This document shows, in pieces, positions 1-10,329 of a stretch of DNA of 64,000 nt; position 1 is the stretch's first letter, and the number at the start of each line of letters is the position of its first letter. The stretch is taken from positions 40,427 through 104,426 of the forward strand of contig DCUM01000165.1 in assembly GCA_002327255.1 (NCBI GenBank), in the 5' to 3' direction. The position numbers and the translations under genes are program-made. The stretch is from a bacterium UBA2214 (lineage in GTDB: Bacteria > Zhuqueibacterota > Zhuqueibacteria > Residuimicrobiales > Residuimicrobiaceae). The notes beneath the pieces are model-generated. The model saw nothing but the letters and a program-made list of their open reading frames with translations, did not search any database and was not told where the DNA came from.

Positions 1-1320
1 TTGGCGGTGAAGACGATCTGACCACAGGCGCCGCCGGGACCGGCGGGCAGGCCTTTGGCGACGGGTGTCGATTTCTTTTCCACGTTGGGATCGACGATCG
101 GGTGCAGCAGTTCGTCGAGTTGCGCCGGGGAGAGGCGCAGCACCGCGGTCTTTTCATCGATCAGCTTTTCCTTGAGCATATCCATCGCCATGTTGAGGGC
201 GGCGGTGCCGGTGCGTTTGCCGACGCGGCACTGCAGCATCCACAAGCGGCCTTCCTGGATGGTGAATTCAATATCCAGCATGTCGTGGAAGTGTTTTTCC
301 AGATCGAGGCGGATTTTATCGAGCTCTTTGTAGGTACTGGCCATGCCCTTCTGCAGGGAAACCAGGTGCTTGTTCTGTTCGTTCTTGGTGGCTTCATTTA
401 AGGGCGCCGGGGTGCGGATGCCTGCGACCACATCCTCGCCCTGGGCGTTGATGAGCCATTCGCCGTAGAACTTGTTCTGGCCGGTGGCCGGATTACGGCT
501 GAAGGCCACACCGGTGGCGGAAGATTCGCCCATATTGCCGAACACCATGGACTGCACGGTGACGGCGGTGCCCCATTCATCGGGAATGCCTTCGATGCGG
601 CGGTAGGAGACCGCGCGGCGGCCGTTCCAGCTCGAAAAGACGGCGCCGACGCCGCCCCACAATTGCTTTTTGGCGTCATCCGGGAATTCCTTGCCCAGAA
701 CTTCCTTGACCTTCTTCTTGAACTGTTCCACCAGAACCTTGAGGTCTGCGCTGGTCAGATCGGTATCCTGGGTATAACCCTTATCCTTTTTCATTTTGGC
801 CATGAGGTGTTCCAGCTGCACGCGGATGCCTTTGCCCTCGGCCGGTTCGATGCCCGCGGCCTTTTCCATAACCACATCCGAGTACATCATGATCAGACGG
901 CGGTAGGCGTCATAGACGAAGCGTTCGTTGTTGGTCTTTTTCGCCAGCCCTTTGATGGTTTTGCTGGTCAGGCCGACATTGAGGACGGTTTCCATCATGC
1001 CCGGCATGGAACTGCGGGCGCCTGAACGGACCGAAATGAGCAGTGGATTCTTGTCATCGCCGAATTTGGCGCCCATGATTTTTTCGACCTGCTGCAGCGC
1101 GGCGTTCACCTGCTGTTCGAGTTCGACGGGATATTTTTTGCCGTGCTTATAATAATGGGTGCAAACCTCGGTGGTGATGGTGAATCCGGCGGGTACGGGG
1201 ATCGCCAGATTCGCCATTTCAGCAAGATTGGCACCCTTGCCTCCCAAGAGTTCTTTCATGTCCGCTTTGCCTTCGGCTTTTCCACCGCCGAAGGAGTAGA
1301 CATATTTCGCTTTAGCCATT
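1..1320 (-). CDS. ppdK: Pyruvate, phosphate dikinase, N-terminal ~440 aa (partial; C-terminus lies outside the window)
   Basis: Reverse-complement translation from the ATG at 1318-1320 reads MAKAKYVYSFGGGKAEGKADMKELLGGKGANLAEM..., the PPDK N-terminal ATP-grasp signature. A GGAGG RBS sits 8 nt upstream. The frame stays open to position 1, which is why the ORF track does not list it. Confidence 0.85.
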
Positions 1321-1357
1321 GAATCCTCCTCATGTGACCATAAGAAATGATGGGTTA

Positions 1358-3130
1358 TTATTTTTTTGCTTCGTTGTTTAACAATTGACTGTAGGCAGTT
1401 GTATCCGTGAGTACTTCAATACTCCTGATCACGGCGGAGTCGCTGACAAAGTAACTGCGCCAGTATTCGTCGCGTCCGAAGAGCTTGCCGGCGATTTCCA
1501 TCTGCAGGGAAAGCTTGATATCGTCTCTGGCTGCGAGGCGATCGCGCGCCTTGAGCGATTCTAAGGTCTGTTTGATGGCAGCCACCTGGGACTCGATTAG
1601 TGGCAAAAATTTGTTTTCCCGGGCGGCTTTTTCCAGCTTTTCCACTTCCGCATAGCCGTCGGGTTTGTAATCGAATTTTTTCGTCTGGCAAAAAGCGTGG
1701 AACTCTTCGATCATGGCGTCATCGACTTTAAAATCGCGTGGCACATCTCCATGCCGGGAGATGTAATCAAGGCTGAAATTGAAAAACATCGAGCGGCGCA
1801 ACAACTCCAGTTCGTAGCGGCTGATCTTGTCCAATTTGACCTCGATGTCGGGCTTCAAGCCACCGCCGCCGAGGACCGGGCGCTGATTTCTCGTAGAGAA
1901 AATCTTGAGCGGCTTCTCTTCCTTCTTCTCTTCCTCTTTAAGGGTACCGGTTTCCTCATCAGCATCTACCTCATCCTCTCCGGCTACTTCACGGGCGGCC
2001 GCGGTGGTATCGGCGTTGACAAAGACGGAATTGGGGCCGCGATTAAAGACCTGGGGCTTTTGGATATTGCGCCCGCTGGGCGTGAAATACTGCATGGTGG
2101 TGATCTTGAGCTGCGCTTCACCGCGACGATCCAGCGGGACGACGGTCTGCACCAGACCCTTGCCAAAGGTCGGCATGCCGATCAGAACGCCACGATCGAG
2201 GTCCTGGATGGCGCCAGCGACGATCTCCGAGGAAGAGGCGCTGTAGCCGTCCACCAGAACGACCAGGGGCAAACTGCCGAGGACAGGCTCCTTGCGTGAG
2301 CGGAATTCCTGGCGTTTGTAATCGCCGCGGCCTTCGGTATAGACGATGAGATCGCCTTTGTTGACGAAATTTTCCGCCACCGCGGCAGCCGCATCGAGGA
2401 GGCCGCCGGGATTGCCGCGCAAATCGAGTACGAGTGACTGCAGGCCCTGATCCTTCAGTTTTTGGATCGCTTCGCCGATCTGGTCGCCGGCGCTGCGATT
2501 GAAACTGCTCAGTTTGACCAGACCGACACCCGGCGCGACAAAACCCGAAAACTGAATATCGGTGACCTTGATCTCATCGCGGATGAGGGTGAAAGTCAGC
2601 GCCTGTTCATCGCCAAAGCGTTTGATTTTGATGGTCACCTCGCTGCCCTTCTCCGTGCCGCGCAGACGGTGTGCGGTCTCGGAGAGGCGTTCCCCCTTGG
2701 TACTCTTGCCATCGATTTCAATGATCTGATCGCCTTCACGAATCCCGGCGCGAAAGGCGGGGCTGTCCGGAAAGGGCTGCTCACCCACCGTGGCCCAGCC
2801 ATTACGGATTTGGATGCGCATGCCGACGCCATAATATTTCCCCCGGGTGATGATCTCCAGTTCATCCTTGCCGTCCTCCTCGAGGAACACCGAGTAAGGA
2901 TCGAGACGATCCAGCATGCCGTTGATGCCGGCGCGAATGAATTTTTCCGCGTCGACCTCTTCGATATAACGGTCATTGATCTCCTGATAAATCTGGCCGA
3001 AGAGCTTGATATTTTTCATGGCCTGATAATAGGGATCCTGTTTTTCTTTTTGCGGGGAGGCCGCAAAGGCGCTCCCGGTACCCACCAAAACCAAAATGAG
3101 GGCGGCCAGATACACAGGTTTAATTTTCAT
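1358..3130 (-). CDS. ctpA: Carboxy-terminal processing peptidase (S41 family) with a PDZ domain, secreted
   Basis: 590-aa ORF with a signal peptide (MKIKPVYLAALILVLVGTGSAFA), a PDZ region (GDQIIEIDGKST) and S41 motifs (VLVDGYSASSSEIVAGAIQD...FGKGLVQ). Confidence 0.85.
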   Translation of the reverse strand: MKIKPVYLAALILVLVGTGSAFAASPQKEKQDPYYQAMKNIKLFGQIYQEINDRYIEEVDAEKFIRAGINGMLDRLDPYSVFLEEDGKDELEIITRGKYYGVGMRIQIRNGWATVGEQPFPDSPAFRAGIREGDQIIEIDGKSTKGERLSETAHRLRGTEKGSEVTIKIKRFGDEQALTFTLIRDEIKVTDIQFSGFVAPGVGLVKLSSFNRSAGDQIGEAIQKLKDQGLQSLVLDLRGNPGGLLDAAAAVAENFVNKGDLIVYTEGRGDYKRQEFRSRKEPVLGSLPLVVLVDGYSASSSEIVAGAIQDLDRGVLIGMPTFGKGLVQTVVPLDRRGEAQLKITTMQYFTPSGRNIQKPQVFNRGPNSVFVNADTTAAAREVAGEDEVDADEETGTLKEEEKKEEKPLKIFSTRNQRPVLGGGGLKPDIEVKLDKISRYELELLRRSMFFNFSLDYISRHGDVPRDFKVDDAMIEEFHAFCQTKKFDYKPDGYAEVEKLEKAARENKFLPLIESQVAAIKQTLESLKARDRLAARDDIKLSLQMEIAGKLFGRDEYWRSYFVSDSAVIRSIEVLTDTTAYSQLLNNEAKK

Positions 3131-3798
3131 ATTTCTCCTTCTCCAAGATCTCTACCGGTTAAGATCCTCTGGAATCGGCTCACGAAGAGCTGCCAGATAT
3201 GACGCTGAATTTCGGCGATGGAGCGATCGCCGGGAATGAGGGCAACGCGCAACGGTTCCGCCTCGGCAATGCGCAAATAGCCCTGCCGCACGCGTTCCTG
3301 AAAGGCAAGACCGGCGGACTCCATGCGATCCGCTCCCCCCAGACGCTTGACGATCCGCTTGCGAATGAGCCGGGGATCGGCATCGATGATGCAGGTCAAA
3401 TCGGGGAGCAGGCCGCCGGACCCCATCCGATTGGCGGCCTCAACCAGCTGCAAATCGAGCTGCCGGCCATATCCCTGATAAGCGGTTGTGGAATCGAAAA
3501 AACGATCGCAGACCACGATGCGATTTTCCTCAAGGGCCGGTTTGATCTGCTGCGCAACCATCTGGGCCCGGGCGGCTTCATAGAGCAGCAATTCGCTCCA
3601 GGGGCTCATCTCGGTGTGCTGCCTGTCGAGCAGGATGGCGCGAATGCGTTCCGAGATCGCATTGGCGCCGGGATCCCGAAGCGCGGTGACGGTGAAGCCG
3701 GATTGCTGCAGCTGCGCGATGAACAGGCTCGCCTGCGTCGATTTGCCGGAACCATCACACCCTTCAAAGGTGATGAAAAGTCCCCGCTTGTCCGTCAT
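3127..3798 (-). CDS. tmk: Thymidylate kinase
   Basis: P-loop FITFEGCDGSGKSTQ plus a DRF/lid region. Start trimmed to the MTDKRG Met so it abuts the upstream MATE stop. 4-bp overlap with ctp. Confidence 0.85.
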   Translation of the reverse strand: MTDKRGLFITFEGCDGSGKSTQASLFIAQLQQSGFTVTALRDPGANAISERIRAILLDRQHTEMSPWSELLLYEAARAQMVAQQIKPALEENRIVVCDRFFDSTTAYQGYGRQLDLQLVEAANRMGSGGLLPDLTCIIDADPRLIRKRIVKRLGGADRMESAGLAFQERVRQGYLRIAEAEPLRVALIPGDRSIAEIQRHIWQLFVSRFQRILTGRDLGEGEI

Positions 3799-5147
3799 TT
3801 CTGCAGGCATGGTTCTTCTTCCCGCCAGCTGCCGCCGGCAAATCGCAGCAAATTGAGTCCGAAACGAATCGTTTCATCCAGGCTCTGCACGCCCCAGATG
3901 CCGTAGATGCCCCAGCCGAGGATGAAGGCCGAAACCCAGTTAAAACCGACTTCCAGAATCAGCACAAAAACGATGGTCAGCCACATCAGCCATTTCAGGT
4001 CGCCGACGCCGCGCAGATTGCCCGAAACGACATTGTTCAGCGCCTTGGGAATCTGGGCGAATGCAAAGAAAAAGATGGCCATTTGCCCCAAAGCCACCAC
4101 CTGCGGATCGGCGGTAAAAATGGTGATCAAAGAACGTGAAAAAAGAATCAGGGTCGCGACGATACCGAGCACCAGCACCGCCATGACGCGGTGGGCGGTG
4201 CGCGCCATGCGATAGGCGAGCACGCTGTCGGCAGCGCCGAGGTTCTTGCCCATCTGACTCATGGCCGCCAGACTGAATCCCATATAAACCATGGAGAGCA
4301 GCGATTGAATGCGCACAAACAGGGTGTGCGTCGAGAGAACAATAACCCCGATTTTGGCGGCATAGCCGGTGACAACCAGCTGCCCCAACGCCCAGGTCAG
4401 TTGTTCAATGGTGGTCGGCAGTCCCGATTTGAACAGCATTTTAAAGCTCTCCCAGCGGGGTGAAGCCAGTTCCCGGAAGGAGAGAAAGACCGAAACCTTG
4501 CGTTTTCGCAGCAGATAGAAAGTCACAAAAAAACCGACGCTGTGGGCGATGCCCACTGCCAGCGCCGCGCCCTGAACGCCCAGCCTGGGAATACCGAACC
4601 AGCCGAATATTAAAACCGGACAGAGAAGAAGGTTAATCCCGTTGATGAGGACGTTGATGGTCATCGAATGGCGGGTATCGCCGATCGCGCGGATGATGCC
4701 TACGGCCACAAAATTGGTAATCAGCAAGGGGGCAAAGAGAGCGACCGTCCGCAAATAGGTCACCCCCGCCGTGCGCGCCATGACACTCTCCCCCTCTTCA
4801 ATCAATTTGAAAAGGTGAATGGCTCCGGAATACCACATCACGGCAAAGACAAAAGACATGACGATACCCATCATCATGGCCTGGCCAAAGATATGGTTGG
4901 CCTGAAAATGCTCCTGTGCGCCCAAATGGCGATTGATGATGATGCTGGCGCCGACGACGAAGGTCAGCAGTATGGAAAAGAACACCAGTATGATCTGAAT
5001 GGCCATGCCGACACCCGCAAAGGCGGCCGCACTCACTTTGCCGATGAAAATCGCTTCGATCGTCCACATGAAAGTCTGCGACGAAAGGTCGATCACCGCC
5101 GGCAAGGAGGTTTTCAGGATCGTTTTTATGGGTGTCGTTTTCTTCAA
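3795..5147 (-). CDS. MATE-family multidrug/oligosaccharide efflux transporter
   Basis: 450 aa, 12 predicted TM segments, MatE-like N-terminus (LKTSLPAVIDLSSQTFMWTIEAIFIG). Confidence 0.8.
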   Translation of the reverse strand: MKKTTPIKTILKTSLPAVIDLSSQTFMWTIEAIFIGKVSAAAFAGVGMAIQIILVFFSILLTFVVGASIIINRHLGAQEHFQANHIFGQAMMMGIVMSFVFAVMWYSGAIHLFKLIEEGESVMARTAGVTYLRTVALFAPLLITNFVAVGIIRAIGDTRHSMTINVLINGINLLLCPVLIFGWFGIPRLGVQGAALAVGIAHSVGFFVTFYLLRKRKVSVFLSFRELASPRWESFKMLFKSGLPTTIEQLTWALGQLVVTGYAAKIGVIVLSTHTLFVRIQSLLSMVYMGFSLAAMSQMGKNLGAADSVLAYRMARTAHRVMAVLVLGIVATLILFSRSLITIFTADPQVVALGQMAIFFFAFAQIPKALNNVVSGNLRGVGDLKWLMWLTIVFVLILEVGFNWVSAFILGWGIYGIWGVQSLDETIRFGLNLLRFAGGSWREEEPCLQK

Positions 5148-5198
5148 GAGTTACCAACTTTATAGAGCTTGCCCGGGAGGTCGCAGCCGTTGTGTCCC

Positions 5199-5247
5199 AA
5201 AAAGTTAAAATATCCCTGCCGGAGTGCCAAGGCACCCCGGCAGGGAT
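5199..5247 (-). terminator. Rho-independent terminator downstream of the inositol-phosphate synthase gene
   Basis: Perfect 11-bp inverted repeat ATCCCTGCCGG...CCGGCAGGGAT (5212-5247) with an inner GTGCC/GGCAC pair. On the minus strand it is followed by ATTTTAACTTTTT. Confidence 0.5.
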
Positions 5248-5272
5248 GATGATCAACATTGAGAGCGCCGGT

Positions 5273-6586
5273 TCAATCGTAATATTCAAGTCCCAGATGG
5301 GTGATGAGATCTTCACCGCGCAGGAAGCGGAGGGTGTTTTTGAGTTTCATCAGCTGGATGAATACATCGTGTTCCGGATAAAGGCCGGGAAGGGTCATCG
5401 GACTTTTGTAGAAGAACGAGAGCCACTCCTGGATGCCTTTCATGTTGGCACGCTGGGCGAGGTCCATGAACAGGGCCAGATCGAGGACAATGGGCGCCGC
5501 CAGAATGCTGTCGCGGCAAAGAAAATTGATCTTGATCTGCATGGGATAGCCCAACCACCCAAAGATATCGATATTGTCCCAGCTCTCCTTGTTATCACCG
5601 CGCGGTGGATAGTAATTGATGCGCACCTTGTGATAGACGTTGGCATAGAGATCGGGATTGAGTTCAGGCTGGAAGATGGTATCGAGCACGGAAAGTTTCG
5701 ACACTTCCTTGCTTTTGAAGGATTCGGGATCGTCGAGCACTTCGCCATCGCGGTTGCCGAGGATATTGGTGGAGAACCATCCCGAAACCCCCAATTGTTT
5801 GGCTTTCAGACCCGGCGCAATCAGGGTTTTCATGAAGGTCTGTCCCGACTTGAAATCCTTGCCACTGATGGGGACGTTGTGCTGTTTCGCCAGCTCGAGC
5901 ATGGCGGGGATGTCGATGGTCACGTTGGGAGCGCCGTTGGCAAAGGGCACGCCGGATTTGATGGCGGCATAGGCATAGATCATGCTCGGGGCGATGGCGA
6001 TGTGATTTTCGACCATGGCCTTTTCAAAAGCGTCGAGCGAATCGTACGCCGGATGGTGCTGCTCATAAATCTCGGTGCTCGCGCACCAGACTATCACGAT
6101 GCGCTCGAGTTTGTGTTCGGCCTTGAACTGTGCAATATCTTTCATGAGCAGCTCGGCCAGTTCCATCTTGTTCTTGCCCTGCTTGACATGGGAGCCTTCG
6201 AGGCGTTTCACATAATACTTGTCAAAGACCGCTTTCATCGGCTTGACCGATTCCAGTTCGGGACGTACTTTCTCGATATCGCTGGGTTGCAGCACGCCGG
6301 CCGTCATAGCCGCTTCATAAGCGTTATCGGCAAAGATGTCCCAGGCCGCAAACACGATGTCATTGAGGTCTGCAAGCGGAACAAATTCCCTGATTTTGGG
6401 GACGCGATTCTCGGTGCGTTTGCCGAGGCGAATGGTACCCAATTGCGTGAGAGATCCGATGGGCTTTGCCAGCCCTTTGCGCACCAGTTCAACGCCGGCG
6501 ACAACAGTTGTGGCCACCGCGCCGAGGCCAACCAGCATGACGCCTAATTTGCCTTTGGCTTCATCAATTTTTACGCCTTTCTCCAT
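5273..6586 (-). CDS. ino1: myo-Inositol-1-phosphate synthase (MIPS, archaeal/bacterial type)
   Basis: Rossmann N-terminus GVMLVGLGAVATTVVAG and family-typical blocks (NGAPNV, SGKDFKSGQT, GWLGYPMQIKINFLCRDSILAAPIVLD). Start set at the MEKGVKIDEAKG Met. Confidence 0.85.
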   Translation of the reverse strand: MEKGVKIDEAKGKLGVMLVGLGAVATTVVAGVELVRKGLAKPIGSLTQLGTIRLGKRTENRVPKIREFVPLADLNDIVFAAWDIFADNAYEAAMTAGVLQPSDIEKVRPELESVKPMKAVFDKYYVKRLEGSHVKQGKNKMELAELLMKDIAQFKAEHKLERIVIVWCASTEIYEQHHPAYDSLDAFEKAMVENHIAIAPSMIYAYAAIKSGVPFANGAPNVTIDIPAMLELAKQHNVPISGKDFKSGQTFMKTLIAPGLKAKQLGVSGWFSTNILGNRDGEVLDDPESFKSKEVSKLSVLDTIFQPELNPDLYANVYHKVRINYYPPRGDNKESWDNIDIFGWLGYPMQIKINFLCRDSILAAPIVLDLALFMDLAQRANMKGIQEWLSFFYKSPMTLPGLYPEHDVFIQLMKLKNTLRFLRGEDLITHLGLEYYD

Positions 6587-6673
6587 GAACGAACAGCTCC
6601 TTTCAAGCAAATGATTATGATATCAGAACCAGCCCCGCTCCTGTTCGGAGTTGGAAGCATCTTTGATTCCGGT

Positions 6674-7024
6674 TCAGGAAATGATACGATTCTGCGCATC
6701 GACATGAATGATGTGCGGTATAAAGGTTTTCAATTCGGTTTCATCGAGCTGCGCATAGGCGATGATGATGATGAGATCATTTTTTGACGCCCAGCGGGCC
6801 AGGGCGCCATTGATGCACACCATCCCGCTGTCCGCTTCGCCCGCGATGAGATAGGTCTCGGCGCGGGTGCCGTTGTTGATGTTGAGCACGTGCACCTGCT
6901 CATAAGGCAACAGACCCGCGGCCTCCATGAGGGTCTTGTCCAGCGTCAGGCTGCCTTCATAATCGAGCCGGGTGTCGGTGATGCGGGCGCGATGAATTTT
7001 GGCGTGGCACAGGGTCCTCAACAT
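6674..7024 (-). CDS. panD: Aspartate 1-decarboxylase
   Basis: 116 aa. MLRTLCHAKIHRARITDTRLDYEGSLTLD contains the G-S self-processing site of pyruvoyl-dependent PanD. Confidence 0.85.
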   Translation of the reverse strand: MLRTLCHAKIHRARITDTRLDYEGSLTLDKTLMEAAGLLPYEQVHVLNINNGTRAETYLIAGEADSGMVCINGALARWASKNDLIIIIAYAQLDETELKTFIPHIIHVDAQNRIIS

Positions 7025-7042
7025 GCTGCGACTCCGTATCCG

Positions 7043-7699
7043 TTAAACATCGTGATCCGTATCGGCCGGCAGTTTTTTCCACTTGTCGGCATTTTCCGCC
7101 AGCCAGATGTAAACGATGCGCTGAATGGCCGTGAAATTGGCAAAGACGGCAATGAGCAGCAGGGCGCCGACCAGCCAGGCGTCGGAGACCAGAGCGCCGA
7201 TGCTGATGGCGATGAGCCGTTCGGGGCGCTGCATCAAACCCACCCGGCATTCCAGTCCCAGGCCCTCGGCGCGGGCGCGAACATAGCTGACCATCAGGGA
7301 GCCGGCGATACCAACGAAGACGATCATGGAAACCAGCAATCCGTATTCCGCGCCATGACTGGTTTCGTTGACAAAATAGTAGGCAATGCCGAAAAACACC
7401 ATGATCTCGGCGTAGCGGTCCAGCGTGGAATCGTATAACGCGCCGAATTTGGTCACGCGGTTTGAGGCGCGCGCCACGGCACCGTCGAGCATGTCCAGAA
7501 ATCCGGTCAGCAGCAGCAGCACGGCGCCCCGGACCAGTTCGCCGCGGCCAAAGGCGATGGCGGCAAAGATGCTGACGAAAAACGAACAGGTGGTCAACCA
7601 GTTCGGATTCAATTTCAAACGCACCAGGACGCGTATCAACGGCGTGAGCAAATTTTTGAATTGGTTTTTTATTACAGGGGGTATCAGCTCAATTTTCAT
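7043..7699 (-). CDS. CDP-alcohol phosphatidyltransferase, phosphatidylinositol-phosphate synthase-like
   Basis: Multi-TM protein with a complete D(x)2DG(x)2AR(x)8G(x)3D(x)3D motif: DMLDGAVARASNRVTKFGALYDSTLD. MIPS lies one gene away. Confidence 0.75.
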   Translation of the reverse strand: MKIELIPPVIKNQFKNLLTPLIRVLVRLKLNPNWLTTCSFFVSIFAAIAFGRGELVRGAVLLLLTGFLDMLDGAVARASNRVTKFGALYDSTLDRYAEIMVFFGIAYYFVNETSHGAEYGLLVSMIVFVGIAGSLMVSYVRARAEGLGLECRVGLMQRPERLIAISIGALVSDAWLVGALLLIAVFANFTAIQRIVYIWLAENADKWKKLPADTDHDV

Positions 7700-8436
7700 T
7701 TCGTTGTTTCTTTCTCTTGCGGGTGTTTGCCGGCGCCACCGGCCAGGACCACAAACTCCCCTTTGCGCGGAATGCCGGCCATCTCGTTCAGCAATCCGGA
7801 CAAGTTGCCGCGGATGGTTTGTTCAAATTTTTTGCTGATTTCGCGTACCAGCACCATCGGCCGGTCTCCGAGGATTTCATACAGTTCATGAAGCAGTTTC
7901 TCGATGCGCTGTGGTGATTCATAAAACACCAGGGTCCGCGTCTCGTCACAAAGCTGCTCGAGTCTTTTGCGACGGCCCTTCTTGTGCGGCAAAAAACCCT
8001 CAAAGACGAACCGGTCACAGGGTAAACCGGAAATGATCAGAGCAGGTACGAAGGCGGTGGCGCCGGGTATGGCGATCACCGCCAAGCCGGCCGTCACAGC
8101 AGCGCGCACCAGATAGAAACCGGGATCAGAGATACCCGGGGTGCCGGCATCCGAGATGAGGGCAACCGACTGGCCTTGCTGCAAACGCGCGACGATCTGT
8201 GGTGCGACGCTGGATTCGTTATGGTCATGATAACTGATCAATGGCGTGCGAATGCCATACTGCGTCAGCAAGATCCGGCTGGTTCTGGTATCCTCGGCGG
8301 CGATCACATCCACAGCGCAAAGGATATCCAGCGCCCGCAGCGAGATATCGCGCAAGTTCCCGATCGGTGTGCTGACGAGGTACAGGGTACCCGGCATGAT
8401 TTCGTTTTTTTCCGGACGCTGCCAATCCATAGCCAT
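7696..8436 (-). CDS. rsmI: 16S rRNA (cytidine1402-2'-O)-methyltransferase
   Basis: Tetrapyrrole-methylase fold motifs: LYLVSTPIGNLRDISLRALDIL...VIAAEDTR...SDAGTPGISDPG. Confidence 0.85.
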   Translation of the reverse strand: MAMDWQRPEKNEIMPGTLYLVSTPIGNLRDISLRALDILCAVDVIAAEDTRTSRILLTQYGIRTPLISYHDHNESSVAPQIVARLQQGQSVALISDAGTPGISDPGFYLVRAAVTAGLAVIAIPGATAFVPALIISGLPCDRFVFEGFLPHKKGRRKRLEQLCDETRTLVFYESPQRIEKLLHELYEILGDRPMVLVREISKKFEQTIRGNLSGLLNEMAGIPRKGEFVVLAGGAGKHPQEKETTK

Positions 8437-8590
8437 GGTACACCCCGTCAGATCGATTCTTCATGATTAAAACCTATTATATTACAAAAAATTAGGCAAA
8501 AAGTCAATAAAAAGGATGCCCTTGATCCGGCCCGCCCCGGCAAACGCTTTCCATTTTCCGGTCTGCAGACAGGACGGTGTGCCATCGCCG

Positions 8591-9976
8591 TCAGCCGCTC
8601 AGGCACGCTGCGCAGCGGTTGTGGCCACACCAGCGCTGTTGCAGCTGCAACAGGCCTTGCGCGTGATGACCAGTGAGAACGGGGGCAGGGGTCCGGGTAT
8701 CGAGTTTGAGGCGGCGGTAAACGGCGCGTTGGGTCACACTCTCTTCACCCGCAGGACAGTGGGTATAGAGGGCGCAGGCCCTGGCGCGCAGGTGGCCATC
8801 TTCACATTCACCGGCATAGGCGGCGAGGATGGGCAGCAGGACATTGATGACGAGGTTTCGGCTGCGTGCCGGGCCGACCAGGCAGGCGCAACGACCTGGC
8901 GTGCGTGAAACCGCCCGGCGGCCAAAGTGATAATGGGTACACCAGTAACCCCGCGCCTCAACGCGTCCTATCTCTGTCAGAGCGCGCAGCGCATTGGCCG
9001 GATCAGATGAACGTTTGCTGATTCCCAGTAGCGGATGCAAAAAACCGCTTTCGCGATAGCGTACCGCCAGGGCTGCCGCGGCCGCCAGTCGCCGCGTCGG
9101 GAAATTATTGGGCCGCAGGCGGAAGAACTGCCAGCACTCCGGCTCCAGGACATCGATCTTGCCGCGGTCGCGCCACTGCGCGAACAGATGCGCCAGGCGT
9201 GCCGGATAGGAGGGTGTACCATGGACAGAGGTTTGCGTGCTCTCTTCCAGCAAGCCCGCCGCACCAAACAGGAGGGCCTCGCAAAGCTCCACAGCCGGAT
9301 CGTCCGCCATCGTTGCGACCGCCTGCCACAGCAGCGTCACAGGCAGGACGAAAGCGAGGCGGCGGAAAGGCAACCCGTTTTTGCCATAGCCCAAACCCGA
9401 CAAAAGACCATAATAGAGTATCTGCTCCCAGCTGTGATCCGGCCGCAGTTCGAGAAAACTGGCCTGGTGCTGCTCGAAGCGTTCCCCGCCGCGGCGCGCC
9501 AATTGCGCCATGATAAAAGGCGTCTCCCGTTCCGAGAGGGCGCATGAAAAAGACGACGACGCGCTCTCATCCGGGGACGTGGTATCAGGCCGCCAATCCG
9601 GCAGACTCAACGTCAAAGCCACCGAACCATCCTGGCGCTGCGTGACGTAATCGGGGGGACAAGATTTGAAGACCAGATGCAGAAGGACCTGATTATAGCG
9701 GCGGTCGAGATGGTGGTGGTGTGTATACCACTCCCGGGGCGTGTTGTGGATTTCTACGTCGCCGCGATGGAGCGCGCCATCGATGCGCACGAGCGCGTTG
9801 AGGAAATCGGGGCCGGCATCATGATTGCGCGTGCCGCATTCGATGATGTGCAAAATACGTCCATCGCTGCTTGTGAACGCCCGCCTGTGGTCCGCGAGGC
9901 GTTGCCACAAGGTATAAAGGTGCTCTTCGCGCGCCGCTTCGATGCGCTCCATATCATGCTCTCCCGCCGTGACCAT
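8591..9976 (-). CDS. Hypothetical protein, possibly DUF2851 family
   Basis: 461 aa, His-rich motifs (ECGTRNHDAGPDF, EIHNTPREWYTHHHH) and a C-terminal Cys cluster. Family assignment is from memory only. Confidence 0.4.
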   Translation of the reverse strand: MVTAGEHDMERIEAAREEHLYTLWQRLADHRRAFTSSDGRILHIIECGTRNHDAGPDFLNALVRIDGALHRGDVEIHNTPREWYTHHHHLDRRYNQVLLHLVFKSCPPDYVTQRQDGSVALTLSLPDWRPDTTSPDESASSSFSCALSERETPFIMAQLARRGGERFEQHQASFLELRPDHSWEQILYYGLLSGLGYGKNGLPFRRLAFVLPVTLLWQAVATMADDPAVELCEALLFGAAGLLEESTQTSVHGTPSYPARLAHLFAQWRDRGKIDVLEPECWQFFRLRPNNFPTRRLAAAAALAVRYRESGFLHPLLGISKRSSDPANALRALTEIGRVEARGYWCTHYHFGRRAVSRTPGRCACLVGPARSRNLVINVLLPILAAYAGECEDGHLRARACALYTHCPAGEESVTQRAVYRRLKLDTRTPAPVLTGHHAQGLLQLQQRWCGHNRCAACLSG

Positions 9977-9995
9977 GCGGCAGCGGTTTTACGCA

Positions 9996-10307
9996 TCACG
10001 AGATCGGCGGCGCCGGGGCTGGCGGAATTTTTTCAGCCTCCCTGGCCGCCAACTGCTCATCCAGAGCCTGTATTTTTTTGAACAACTCCTGCACTTCCGG
10101 ATCTTCGGCGATGGGGACATCGGGATGGTGCGACAGCAATTCAAAGGTGCGCCCGCCCAATTCGTAAAACAATCGTTCAATTTCCCGTTTGAGGCCGAGG
10201 ACATCGATATGGTGTCGAATGTTTTTGCCCATCATGCCGGTTTTCTCGACAACCAGCGTGACGCTTTCCCGCAAGCCTTTGTGTAATTCACCAAACAGCG
10301 AAGCCAT
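9996..10307 (-). CDS. Small hypothetical coiled-coil protein (phasin-like?)
   Basis: About 104 aa from MASLFGELHKGL, charged and helical. No recognisable catalytic motif. Confidence 0.35.
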   Translation of the reverse strand: MASLFGELHKGLRESVTLVVEKTGMMGKNIRHHIDVLGLKREIERLFYELGGRTFELLSHHPDVPIAEDPEVQELFKKIQALDEQLAAREAEKIPPAPAPPIS

Positions 10308-10329
10308 CACCCTGCTCCTCAATGCAAAC

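Noticed and set aside
5132-6547. 471-aa plus-strand ORF
   Set aside because: Antisense shadow of the myo-inositol-1-phosphate synthase gene. No motifs.
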